NCBI GenBank assembly: GCA_035296885.1
Contig: DATHAB010000055.1
Coordinates: 1 to 55,839 of the forward strand
Direction of reading: 5' to 3'
Origin: Rubrobacteraceae bacterium
GTDB taxonomy: Bacteria; Actinomycetota; Rubrobacteria; Rubrobacterales; Rubrobacteraceae
DNA length: 55,839 nucleotides
The position numbers were made by a program, and so were the translations under genes. Numbering within the stretch: position 1 is the stretch's first letter; each line of letters begins with the position of its first letter. The notes below the pieces were generated by a model, which was not told where the DNA came from, searched no databases, and saw only the letters and a list, made by a program, of their open reading frames with translations. Below are positions 1 through 9,283 of the stretch, piece by piece.

Positions 1-377
1 AACGCCAGGACCGGCGGCAAAAATCTCGCCACCGTACCCGCATTCCCCACGAACACCTGTGCTTCGCTTTTTGGTATTATACCTCTTTGTCCTATTACGG
101 TGATGATATTGGCTTCGCGATCTACGTTTATAGCGAAGCCAAGTTGGGCGAGGGAGGCCATAAGCCAGTAGGGGTCATCGGCGAAGAGGGGGTTCTCGAT
201 CCTGGAGGTTCCATCGGCTAGGGCGGCGACGATGAGTGCTCGATTAGTGATGCTTTTGGAGCCTGGCACGCGGACGGTGGCGTCCACGGGACGCTCTAAA
301 GGCGTAATCTCTATCTCTTTCGGGAACACTCCGCGAACGTCCTCTATTGTGAAGTCTGTCCCCGGAGTGCCGACCAT
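1..377 (-). CDS. aroA: 3-phosphoshikimate 1-carboxyvinyltransferase (EPSP synthase), N-terminal part, runs off window
   Basis: Manual translation from ATG at 377: ...VRVPGSKSITNRALIVAALADG...FVGNAGTVARF, both EPSPS signature motifs. Confidence 0.93.
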   Translation of the reverse strand, partial: MVGTPGTDFTIEDVRGVFPKEIEITPLERPVDATVRVPGSKSITNRALIVAALADGTSRIENPLFADDPYWLMASLAQLGFAINVDREANIITVIGQRGIIPKSEAQVFVGNAGTVARFLPPVLA

Positions 378-382
378 AGGCC

Positions 383-1102
383 TCAACACGTGACCTCACG
401 CAATCCCTGTAGCTCCTCCTCGGTCAGAAGTCGGTAGCGGCCCAGAGGCAAATTGCCAAGTCGCACAGGGCCGACGCGCACACGCTTCATGGAGATTAGA
501 GACAACCCCGCCACGAGGCAAGCACGTCGTATTATACGATTACGGCCCTCGTGTATGGTGAGGTTGAGAATCGTTTTGTTCCCCTTGCGTCGCTGTCCAG
601 TTAGCTTCGGGGGAAGCATTTTACCGTCCTCGAGTTCGGGGCCTCTTTCGAGGACCGCGAGGCGTTTTTCGAGCTCACCTTTGGGAAGTGTTCTAAGAGT
701 CAGTTCGTACTCCTTCTCGACCTCGGAGGAGGGGTGGGCGATGCGGTAAGCTAAAGAGCCGTCGTTGGTAAGGAGCAGGAGACCGGTGGTGTCGGCATCG
801 AGGCGGCCTACGGGGACGAGACCAGGGATCTTCTCGGGCATGAGCTCGGCTACCGTCGAGCGGTTTCGTTCGTCTTTCAGGGTCGTCAGGCAGCGGGCGG
901 GCTTGTTCAGAGCGAGGTAGGTATGCTCCGTGGGGCGCTCGACAGGTTTGTCGTCGAGTAGAACGCGGTCTATGGATGTTACGCTTTCGCCCAAGAGCGC
1001 GGTCCGATTGTTGACCCTTACCCTTCCCGCAGTGATCAAGGCCTCCGCCTTGCGGCGAGAAGACGCCGCTCCGCTCCGGGCAAGAAAGGCTTGCAAACGC
1101 AC
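383..1102 (-). CDS. rluB: rRNA pseudouridine synthase, RsuA/RluB family
   Basis: S4 domain (RLQAFLARSGAASSRRKAE), catalytic GRLD, EGRNR motif; follows scpAB. Confidence 0.88.
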   Translation of the reverse strand: MRLQAFLARSGAASSRRKAEALITAGRVRVNNRTALLGESVTSIDRVLLDDKPVERPTEHTYLALNKPARCLTTLKDERNRSTVAELMPEKIPGLVPVGRLDADTTGLLLLTNDGSLAYRIAHPSSEVEKEYELTLRTLPKGELEKRLAVLERGPELEDGKMLPPKLTGQRRKGNKTILNLTIHEGRNRIIRRACLVAGLSLISMKRVRVGPVRLGNLPLGRYRLLTEEELQGLREVTC

Positions 1103-1104
1103 CC

Positions 1105-1734
1105 TTACTCCTCTTCCCCGCCACTCTTCTTCTGGGCCTGGCCGCCGACGCGCTCGCGAACGCGAGCGATCTCTTCGTGATCGACCAGAGTATCGAGGGC
1201 AGGGAAGTCGTCGCGACTCTTTGCGCCGGCGGCGAGGAGAAGATCTTCGGTGACGTCGAGGAAGGCCGGCGCTCCGGGACTCGACAGGTCGCGGCCGGCC
1301 TCGGCGAGTAGGTTGCGGTCGAGGAGGTTGCGGACCACGGCGTCGGAGTTAACGCCGCGTGCGGTGTTGATGGCGGTCCGGGTCAAAGGCCCCAGGTAGA
1401 GTACACAGGCCAAAACCTCATGGGCGGCGCCTGAGAGCGGGGCCGGACGGGCCTCCTTACGAAACCGATCGAGGACGCCTGCGCAAAGGGGATTCGTCGC
1501 GAGCTGGAAGCCTCCGGCCACCTCTCGAAACACGATACCGGAAGATTCAGGGGAGTAGCGCTCCTTGAGCCCCCCGATCGCAACCCTTATATCAGCTTCA
1601 GGGAGCGCAGTAGCCGAGATCAGGGCGGAGAGGGGTACGGGTCGGGGGCTCACCAGGAGAATGGCTTCGACTTGAGCAGCCGCGCTAGGCGATACCGCAC
1701 GTTCGTGAGTGCTTTGGCCCTCTGAGACGTTCAT
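1105..1734 (-). CDS. scpB: SMC-Scp complex subunit ScpB
   Basis: VEAILL, EVAGGFQLAT, RGVNSD motifs; 4-nt overlap with scpA. Confidence 0.92.
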   Translation of the reverse strand: MNVSEGQSTHERAVSPSAAAQVEAILLVSPRPVPLSALISATALPEADIRVAIGGLKERYSPESSGIVFREVAGGFQLATNPLCAGVLDRFRKEARPAPLSGAAHEVLACVLYLGPLTRTAINTARGVNSDAVVRNLLDRNLLAEAGRDLSSPGAPAFLDVTEDLLLAAGAKSRDDFPALDTLVDHEEIARVRERVGGQAQKKSGGEEE

Positions 1735-2486
1735 GTCGCCGGCACGAGGCTCAGGGGGCCAAAAGGTTCTGCTTGGGAAAGGTTAACGTAGCCCTCGGAG
1801 GCTAAAGAAAGGGTGGCAGCAAAGGCCACCGCGGAGCGAATGCGGTCCATGTCGCGGATCAGGTCCTCGAAAGAGAGGGGTCCGTGGACAAGGGAGGTCC
1901 GGATCAAAGCCGTAAGCTCCTGAACGGTGACCGTGATCGGGCCTAGATGTCTCACCTCAGGCTCGGTGGTCCTGGAGAAGGCCCGCCGGATTGCCGCCGC
2001 AACCCGGTCCGTATTCAGGCAGAGACGTCCCGGACGGGGGATCAGGTCATGGCCGGACGGGTGGAAGCCGGCGTTCCTCTTGAAGTGCTCCCCCAAGGCT
2101 TCGGCACCACGGCGTATCTTAAGGTAGTTTACGAGGCGTTCTTCGAGATCCTGCGGGGAGAGGAGCTCCTCGCCGTCCTCGTCCTCTTCAAGCTCAGGTG
2201 TAGGAGCCAGAGCGCGACCCTTCATAAGGACGAGGGAGGTCGCAGAATCTACGAAGTCGGTGTCACGCTCTAAGGCCTTGGGTTCCTCCCGAAGTGCCCC
2301 TTCTGCCCCTACTCCTGGGTGGCTCGCGTTTTGGTACAGGCTCACCAACTCGCGCAAAGGGACCTCAAAAATTTCCAACTCGTCCTTGACGATCAACGCC
2401 AAAAGCCCTTCGTACGGGCCAGAATACACGTCGAGCTCGACCGTGAAGGCCGAGAGAGAGCGCCCCTGGGACTCGGTGCTCACCAC
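1731..2486 (-). CDS. scpA: Segregation/condensation protein A
   Basis: FTVELDVYSGPYEGLLALI N-terminus, F-A-TL-L and QAEPFGPL C-terminus; adjacent to scpB. Confidence 0.88.
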   Translation of the reverse strand: MVSTESQGRSLSAFTVELDVYSGPYEGLLALIVKDELEIFEVPLRELVSLYQNASHPGVGAEGALREEPKALERDTDFVDSATSLVLMKGRALAPTPELEEDEDGEELLSPQDLEERLVNYLKIRRGAEALGEHFKRNAGFHPSGHDLIPRPGRLCLNTDRVAAAIRRAFSRTTEPEVRHLGPITVTVQELTALIRTSLVHGPLSFEDLIRDMDRIRSAVAFAATLSLASEGYVNLSQAEPFGPLSLVPAT

Positions 2487-2624
2487 GCCTCTGTATGGAG
2501 GGTAGTCTCTGCAAGCGCGACAGCTACTGCGGTGTGGCAGTGCATAGGGTTATCTATATCGCCGTTCCCTCATGCTAGAGAAGCTTACCCTGAAGCGGTC
2601 CCCTAATCCAGAGCGCGCATCGTT

Positions 2625-3185
2625 TTACCGGGAGCGACAAGGCATCCACAAAGCATGACTTGCACGGAGAAAGGATTCCAAAGCGTCTTCGAGGCTCATT
2701 GCCCCAACAGAGATAGTAGCACCGGCGGTAGGCGCCCACGAGGGGCCGAAGCTTACGGAGAGGCCAGCGTCCCACAGCTGCCGCGCCAGCTCCTGCACGA
2801 GCGCGGCAGGTGCCACTAACGGGTCAGCGAGCCTGACGGTTCGCGATTCGAGCACGGCCTCGGTGCAGGCGGCGTGGGTTGTGACGGAGCGTAGAGCTGC
2901 GTCTAAACCGGCTGTTAGCTGCTCAGCGTAGAGGGCGCGTATCTCGCAGGAGATGCGGCGCGTGGCCAACGTGACATCTTCGGTTTCTACGAGGGAGAAG
3001 AACCTAACGCCGGGGATAGGGTCGTCGAGGATGGGCCCGCTCGGTACCCCGTCGTCCGGGTGCCAGTAGAGGGTAGCTTCAAACGAGATTGCCCCGGCGT
3101 TTCTTGTGAAGATCCTGCCCGCCGGCTCCTCGTAGAGCAGCGCCAGGACATAGTGTTTGCTCGCCGAAGTCGGTGACGCGCTCAA
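2625..3185 (-). CDS. Hypothetical protein, 186 aa
   Basis: Starts 5 nt after the pyrG stop on the same strand; fills the pyrG-scpA gap; no recognised motif. Confidence 0.7.
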   Translation of the reverse strand: MSASPTSASKHYVLALLYEEPAGRIFTRNAGAISFEATLYWHPDDGVPSGPILDDPIPGVRFFSLVETEDVTLATRRISCEIRALYAEQLTAGLDAALRSVTTHAACTEAVLESRTVRLADPLVAPAALVQELARQLWDAGLSVSFGPSWAPTAGATISVGAMSLEDALESFLRASHALWMPCRSR

Positions 3186-3190
3186 CCCTT

Positions 3191-4873
3191 TCAGCGTGCA
3201 GCCTTCTCTTTAGAGCCCTCGGTAGAGCTTTCGGTCCGCACAACTCCCGCTCGTCGGTTCTCGCGGCAGGCTTCGACGAAGCCCCTGAAGAGAGGGTGGG
3301 GCTTCAACGGTCGGCTCTTAAACTCCGGGTGGAACTGACTACCGATAAAAAACGGATGGTCTCTGACCTCAGCGATCTCAACGAGCCGTCCATCGGGAGA
3401 GGTACCCGAAAAAATCATCCCGGATTGCGCAAGAGCGTCTCGGTAGCCATTGTTGACCTCATAGCGGTGACGGTGTCGTTCGTAAACGAGTTCCTCGCCA
3501 TAGACCTCGCTCGCCAAAGTTCCTGACTCGATTTTGCAGGGGTAGCGCCCCAACCTCATCGTCCCACCCATCTCGACCCCCACCTGATCGGGCATGATAT
3601 CTATAACCGTGTGATCGCTCTCGGGGTCGAATTCGGCCGAGTTGGCCTTCTCCAAGCCCACCACGTGCCGCGCGAACTCGATCACCGCTATCTGCATCCC
3701 CAGACAGAGCCCAAGATATGGCATACCTGACTCCCTCGCGTACCGGGCCGCCTCTATCTTCCCCTCTGTGCCACGATCCCCGAATCCTGGCAAGACCAGA
3801 ATTCCGTCCGCCCCTGCAAGGCGCTCCTTGGCTGCGACCGAGTCGGTCAGGTCCTCAGCGTCTACCCGGTCGATCTCGACCTTGACCCCGCGCGATGCGC
3901 CCGCGTGTCCTAGCGCCTCCACGACTGAAAGGTAGGCGTCCTGAAGCTTCACGTACTTGCCGACGATGGCAACCCTAACGGGTTTCGTAGCCGAGAGCAT
4001 CCGGTCCACCAGATCCCGCCAGCCCCCGAGCTTCGGAGGCAGCGCAGGCAGCCCTAGCTTCTCCAAAACCAGCTCATCAAAGCGCCCTTCGTGAAGGGAA
4101 AGGGGGATCGAATATAGAGTCGGGGCGTTCTCGGCCGGGATCACCGAGTCAAGCTCCGTGTCGGAGAAGAGTGAAATCTTCCTCCGGACGTCCTCATCTA
4201 TCGGCCTGTCGGCCCTGCACAGAAGAACGTCCGGCGTGATGCCGATCTCGCGCAGGCGCTGGACCGAGTGCTGGGTGGGCTTGCTCTTTAGCTCTCCGGC
4301 GGCCTCGATGAACGGCACGTATGAGACGTGTACATACAGGACGTTCTTGCGCCCGACATCGTTTCTGAACTGCCTTATAGCTTCTAAAAAAGGTAGGCTC
4401 TCGATATCGCCGACGGTGCCCCCGATCTCGGTGATAACAATGTCCTTATCGCGCCCTAAGCGGCCGATTCTGGCCTTTATCTCGTTTGTAATATGGGGAA
4501 TGACCTGCACGGTAGCCCCTAGATAGTCCCCCCGCCGTTCGCGCTGTATGACCTCCCAGTAGACGCTGCCAGTGGTTACGTTGGAGAGCTTTCCGAGGTT
4601 CTCGTCCAGAAATCTCTCGTAGTGCCCAAGGTCCAGGTCAGTCTCGGCGCCATCCTCGGTAACGAAAACCTCGCCGTGCTGGTACGGGCTCATAGTGCCG
4701 GGGTCCACGTTTATGTACGGGTCGAACTTCTGCAACACCACTTTGTAGCCCCGGCTCTTGAGGAGCATCCCCAAAGCGGCAGCGCTCGTCCCCTTGCCGA
4801 TAGAGGAGACCACGCCGCCCGTCACGAAGATGTACCTGGTTTCTGCTACTATCGGCTCCGCCAAATCAACCAC
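3191..4873 (-). CDS. pyrG: CTP synthase
   Basis: [56 protein letters not shown]. Confidence 0.99.
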   Translation of the reverse strand: MVDLAEPIVAETRYIFVTGGVVSSIGKGTSAAALGMLLKSRGYKVVLQKFDPYINVDPGTMSPYQHGEVFVTEDGAETDLDLGHYERFLDENLGKLSNVTTGSVYWEVIQRERRGDYLGATVQVIPHITNEIKARIGRLGRDKDIVITEIGGTVGDIESLPFLEAIRQFRNDVGRKNVLYVHVSYVPFIEAAGELKSKPTQHSVQRLREIGITPDVLLCRADRPIDEDVRRKISLFSDTELDSVIPAENAPTLYSIPLSLHEGRFDELVLEKLGLPALPPKLGGWRDLVDRMLSATKPVRVAIVGKYVKLQDAYLSVVEALGHAGASRGVKVEIDRVDAEDLTDSVAAKERLAGADGILVLPGFGDRGTEGKIEAARYARESGMPYLGLCLGMQIAVIEFARHVVGLEKANSAEFDPESDHTVIDIMPDQVGVEMGGTMRLGRYPCKIESGTLASEVYGEELVYERHRHRYEVNNGYRDALAQSGMIFSGTSPDGRLVEIAEVRDHPFFIGSQFHPEFKSRPLKPHPLFRGFVEACRENRRAGVVRTESSTEGSKEKAAR

Positions 4874-5135
4874 GCCCCTAGAAAAATTTCACCTGTCCAG
4901 AACACTTACCCCTTCTGCAAAGGACATACAAATTCCAACCTGCTCACTATACTAAGCAGCCCAACACACCCTCGTAATTGCCGTCCCAGCATCCTCGAGC
5001 ATGATACGCCTCGCAAGGTCAAAATAAAACAGCCGAGACCACCCCGACTATCGGCAGCGCTTGCTTCGTCGTGGGAGATAGAACCAACCTACTATACTTA
5101 ATAGTGTGCCTCTACCACATGGAGACGAATTCGTT

Positions 5136-5170
5136 GTACGCACGCTGATGTACGCAGTACAGAGTACGCA
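5136..5170. repeat. Three GTACGCA heptamers at an exact 14-nt period
   Basis: Copies start at 5136, 5150 and 5164. Confidence 0.75.
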
Positions 5171-5274
5171 TACAGGGGCTATCAGAATCGGAAAAAAGGA
5201 GGTCGGGATATTAGCCCCAACTTCTTCACGGATCAGGACCAGAAGAAAGTTATGCTCAGGGAGCTGCTACACCC

Positions 5275-5589
5275 CTACTGAGTTCCACCAGGCCCAGCTA
5301 TGCCATCCCCTTTCCCGACCGTGATCTCAGGGTCGTAGTAGTACTGGTACCACCAATAATAATACCCCGGCTCCTCTTGATTCGGTTCATCCCAGGCGTA
5401 CACGTCTATGGGCCAATCAAGCGCACGGACGGGTCCGTCCAGAGGAGCTTCCGTTAGGCCTCTCCGGACGGTGGGCTTTGGGCGGCAGAAAACGTGATCA
5501 AAAAACGTGATGCTTGTAGCCAGCATCACCGCCACGAGCACGCCTACCGCAAGGATCAACCAGACGCGCGAAAAGAATCGCCCCTTCAC
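5275..5589 (-). CDS. Small exported Trp/Tyr-rich protein, possibly a frameshifted pseudogene
   Basis: Purine-rich RBS (GAGAGGGGG) before GTG; basic plus hydrophobic N-terminus; YYYWWYQYYY segment; internal 13-nt duplication. Confidence 0.5.
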   Translation of the reverse strand: MKGRFFSRVWLILAVGVLVAVMLATSITFFDHVFCRPKPTVRRGLTEAPLDGPVRALDWPIDVYAWDEPNQEEPGYYYWWYQYYYDPEITVGKGDGIAGPGGTQ

Positions 5590-6036
5590 TACGTGATCCC
5601 CCCTCTCTTTTCTTTAGAGCCTGGTGAGCTGCTTGCTAAACAAGTCTGTAGATCAAAGAAGGTAGCATGCAATATCAGTACGCTAGTGGTTGTCCGATTG
5701 CCCCTCTACTGGTGGTTAATGAAGATCACCAGGCACCAGAGATGGTATTTGAAGAAAAGCGTGGGGAGAGTAGTGGCGTGTAGACGAAGCACGGGCGCTT
5801 TCTGCTCGTAGCGGGTCCGGTGGTATCGTAGGGGAAGGGAGGTAAGACTATGAGTTGGTCGAGCTGAAGGAAATCGGGCTCTCGGCTACTCTTGCTCACC
5901 TGCTCAACGTCAGAAGCTCTATCAGAACTAGAACGTAAGAGCATGTGCCAAGAGCGTAGTGCATCTAAACGACAACCTTGAAGATCTACCGTACGTGAAC
6001 CACGGGAATGCAGCCCGCAACGACGGTAGTATATGG

Positions 6037-6345
6037 CTATCGTGTTACCGCGTCCTTTTCTGGCGGCCAGCCTTCTTCTAGCGAGCGTTTCTCTTCGGGT
6101 TCCAGCAACCGGACTGAGTGTACAGAGTGCCAAGGATAACACTTGGCGCCATATTTTGCTATGTAAGAGGGAGCGCCCCAACCCCCTCTAGACTCCGGGT
6201 CTGAAACCGCAACCTTTACAAGAGCGACGATACCGCTGTCGGCAACCTTATCCAACCTCGCAGTGAGCCGAAGAGGCTCGTTAGCCCCAAGCTCCAGCAG
6301 GACATACTTGCCGACCCACTCTTCGGGTATCAGCTCCCCTAACAC
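6037..6345 (-). CDS. Small hypothetical protein, predicted Sm/LSm-like beta fold
   Basis: AGGAGG RBS before GTG; WVGKYVLLEL / LTARLDKVADSGIV / YPWHSVHSVRL pattern. Confidence 0.7.
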   Translation of the reverse strand: MLGELIPEEWVGKYVLLELGANEPLRLTARLDKVADSGIVALVKVAVSDPESRGGWGAPSYIAKYGAKCYPWHSVHSVRLLEPEEKRSLEEGWPPEKDAVTR

Positions 6346-6765
6346 AACATCCTCCTACTCTTTCGCCTGTAGCTACCAAGGATCTTACCCCACAGCTTTC
6401 CACCGAGCGATTGCTTGTGCAGATAACTAGGGTATCCTTTGCCTCGTTGAGCCTCCAGCCTACCCACAGAGCTCGTGCCAAGGAGACCCTGTTACCCCTA
6501 CCACCCTCCTCAAAAAAAGACCTACCACTATTTCCTTGCTATGTGGAAGTCGGAGAACCTGAAGACGCTATCCTCAGTCTCATGCCTCAACTATCGGACT
6601 GTAGAGCAGGGTAAGCGCGCCGCACAGGTGCACCCCATTTCTTATCGTTTGGGGTATCTTCTCAGTACTGAGTATTATGTGTATATAAACCTTGGTATCG
6701 GGATGCTCGATCTCGGGACATCGAGGGAGACGGAAGGGTGTACTATGGTCGAAGGGTAAGGCTCA

Positions 6766-8430
6766 CTACTCTTCTGCTAAAAGCTCTCGGGCGTGGGCGA
6801 GGGAGGCCTCGTCGATTCTGCCGGAGAGCATCCGGGCCAGTTCACGGTGGCGCTCCTCGCCCTCGACTCTGCGAATCTCAGTCAGTGTACGACCGTCGGA
6901 GGGGGCCTTAACGACGACCACGTGCGTCTTTGCTTCTGAGGCTATCTGCGGGAGGTGGGTGATCGTCAGGACCTGATTGCGCTTTCCTAGCTCCCGAAGC
7001 TTCGCCCCGACCGCCGTCGCCGTCTCGCCGCCTATCCCTGCGTCCACCTCGTCAAAGACGTACGTCGCTCCCGGCTCGACCCTGCCTTGAGCCAGCCGTA
7101 TAGCGAGCATAACCCGGCTAAGCTCGCCCCCCGAAGCGTAGCGCCGTACCGGCAGCTCCGGCTCGCCGGGGTTCGGGCGGATCACAAACTCCACCCGCTC
7201 TTTGCCGGTCGGCCCTAGAGTCCCCTCTATGAGCTCCGCCCGAAAGGTCGTCTTCCCGAGGTTCAGATCCCCGAGGTTAGCCTGCACCTTCTTCGAGAGC
7301 TCCTCTGCAGCCCCCTTTCGGCCTGCCGAGAGAATCTCTCCGAGTTTCTTCAACTCCTCCTCGCCCACTTGTATGCGCCACTCGAGCTCCGCCGTCTCCT
7401 CCTCGAAGTTCTCAAGACGGGAGAGGCGTGTCTTAGCTTCCGTCAAATACCCCTCTATGTCCTCCCCGTACTTGCGCTCCAGAGCTCGCAAGCTCTGCAG
7501 ACGGTCCTCGACCATCTCCAGGCGGCTCGGGTCGGCCTCTAGCTCGTCGAGGTAAGCCCTGAGCTCGTAGACCACATCCTCGAGCTCCGCCGAGAGTCCC
7601 TGAACGCGGCCAAGGAGGCTCGAGAGCGCCTCGTCGTAGCGGGACGCCCGGTCCAACTCGAAGACGGCCTGGGCGAGGATGTCAACCGCGCTACCTTCCT
7701 CGCCCGAAAGGGCCGTAACAGCCGCCGCAGCCACCTCAAGAAGGTCCGTTACGTTCCTTAAGCGGTCCCGCTCGCGCGTGAGTTCCCCTACCTCTCCGGC
7801 GCTGTAGCTCGCCGCCTCAAGTTCCGCCACTTGGTAGCGCAAGAACTCGACCTCCCTTATGCGGGCCTCCGATGAGGACCTGAGCTCGGCGAGCTCCCGC
7901 CGGTACTTCTCCACCCGGCTCCACAACTCGCCCAAAGAGGCCTTCGCCTCGGAGGTCTCTTCATCGAGAAAATCGTCTAAGATGCCGAGCTGCTGGGCAG
8001 GGTCCGTGAGGCGGGCCTGCTCTCTTTGACCATGGTAGGAGACCAGCCGCTCGCCCAAAGAAGCGAGAGCCTTCACCGGTACAGCGACCCCGCCTACGTA
8101 ACACCGCGACCGGCCCTCCTCGGTCAACGTTCGTCTCAATACTATACCCTCATCCGGATTTATCTCCTCAGCGAGGTCTCCTAAGGCGTCAAAGAGCATC
8201 CTCTCGCCGACCTCGTTTGGGAGGACGAAAGTGCCTTCGACGGTGGCCTTTCTTGCACCTGAGCGAACCGCCTCTGCACGGGCACGGCCACCAAGGAGCA
8301 TCTGCAGCGCGGTGGCGAGCAAAGTCTTGCCCGCACCCGTCTCGCCGGTTATGGCGTTCAGACCCGAGTCGAGCTCGAGGGTGGCCTCCTCGATCAGAGC
8401 CACGTTTTCGACGGAGATCTCCGCGAGCAC
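6766..8430 (-). CDS. recN: DNA repair protein RecN
   Basis: TGETGAGKT Walker A, coiled coil, ASGGELSR signature, FDEVDAG, ITHLPQIA. Confidence 0.97.
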   Translation of the reverse strand: MLAEISVENVALIEEATLELDSGLNAITGETGAGKTLLATALQMLLGGRARAEAVRSGARKATVEGTFVLPNEVGERMLFDALGDLAEEINPDEGIVLRRTLTEEGRSRCYVGGVAVPVKALASLGERLVSYHGQREQARLTDPAQQLGILDDFLDEETSEAKASLGELWSRVEKYRRELAELRSSSEARIREVEFLRYQVAELEAASYSAGEVGELTRERDRLRNVTDLLEVAAAAVTALSGEEGSAVDILAQAVFELDRASRYDEALSSLLGRVQGLSAELEDVVYELRAYLDELEADPSRLEMVEDRLQSLRALERKYGEDIEGYLTEAKTRLSRLENFEEETAELEWRIQVGEEELKKLGEILSAGRKGAAEELSKKVQANLGDLNLGKTTFRAELIEGTLGPTGKERVEFVIRPNPGEPELPVRRYASGGELSRVMLAIRLAQGRVEPGATYVFDEVDAGIGGETATAVGAKLRELGKRNQVLTITHLPQIASEAKTHVVVVKAPSDGRTLTEIRRVEGEERHRELARMLSGRIDEASLAHARELLAEE

Positions 8431-8473
8431 CTCTATCCTCTCCTAAGCCCTCCTAGTCTCTACCAAGCCCTCT

Positions 8474-9283
8474 TCACAAAAACGTGTTCCTCACGGCACG
8501 CCACCAGGTCCATTCGTCCGTTCTACCTATTCTAACGCTCTCACTGCTGAGGCCGAACCGCACACATGCGCCGTCGGGCATCTCTTCGGTCTCGCCCCCG
8601 TCCAGGCTGAGTAGTGCCCCGGGCTTTCGTATCCAAAGCTCGGCCACCTGATCCTGGCCCAAGATCAAGGGCCGCGTCAGGAGGGAATGTGGTGCTATCG
8701 GTACGAGCACGAAACATTCAACATCCCCTGAGACTATAGGTCCACCTGCGGAGAGAGCATAGGCGGTGGAGCCTAAAGGAGTAGCTGCAACAAACCCGTC
8801 ACACCGCAGAGTTACTAGGTCCTCTCCGCCGATGACGACGTCGACTGTGGTGATGCGCTGCGGGTGCTTTTTGAGGAGCGCCGCGTCGTTGACCGCTGTG
8901 CGCGCCTCGTCCTTACCCGAAAGCTTGATCTCGAGCATTCGGTACTCGTGGACGTGGATCCCACCGTTCAGGACCGTCTCGACACCCGACTCGAACTCCT
9001 CTGGCCGCATCCCACTCATGAAGCCTAAAGTACCGAGGTTTACCCCAAGCAAGATACGGCCTGGATACATCCGCGAAGCCCGAAGCATCGTCCCATCTCC
9101 GCCTAGCACGAAGACAAGGTCGAGGTCCCCATTCTCCTCTCTCTCTCCCGTAGGCTCAGTGTACCGCTCGACCTCGACCCCCTGTTCGTTCAAGATCTTG
9201 ACGAGCCGCTTCGGGTACTCCTCTCCCACATTTGGATTTCTAACGATCCCAACCCTCCGCACCGCTTTCGGCCCCTCCCTCAA
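8474..9283 (-). CDS. nadK: NAD(+) kinase
   Basis: GGDGT, GTLGF, ATPLGSTAYALSAGGP; tlyA-nadK-recN synteny. Confidence 0.96.
   Translation of the reverse strand: MREGPKAVRRVGIVRNPNVGEEYPKRLVKILNEQGVEVERYTEPTGEREENGDLDLVFVLGGDGTMLRASRMYPGRILLGVNLGTLGFMSGMRPEEFESGVETVLNGGIHVHEYRMLEIKLSGKDEARTAVNDAALLKKHPQRITTVDVVIGGEDLVTLRCDGFVAATPLGSTAYALSAGGPIVSGDVECFVLVPIAPHSLLTRPLILGQDQVAELWIRKPGALLSLDGGETEEMPDGACVRFGLSSESVRIGRTDEWTWWRAVRNTFL

Noticed and set aside
4874-4951. Bacillus-type pyrG attenuator (reiterative transcription)
   Set aside because: No GGGC start or terminator hairpin with a U-tract visible in the leader
5726-6181. 151-aa minus-strand ORF and ORFs 5494-5811, 6281-6481, 6411-6614, 6475-6759
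   Set aside because: Overlap better-supported ORFs or lack an RBS; composition is not protein-like
6661-6672. Palindrome CTCAGTACTGAG
   Set aside because: Single 12-bp palindrome without supporting context; could be chance
4874-6765. Possible mobile element, prophage or CRISPR array in the recN-pyrG islet
   Set aside because: No transposase, integrase, terminal repeats or repeat-spacer array of CRISPR dimensions
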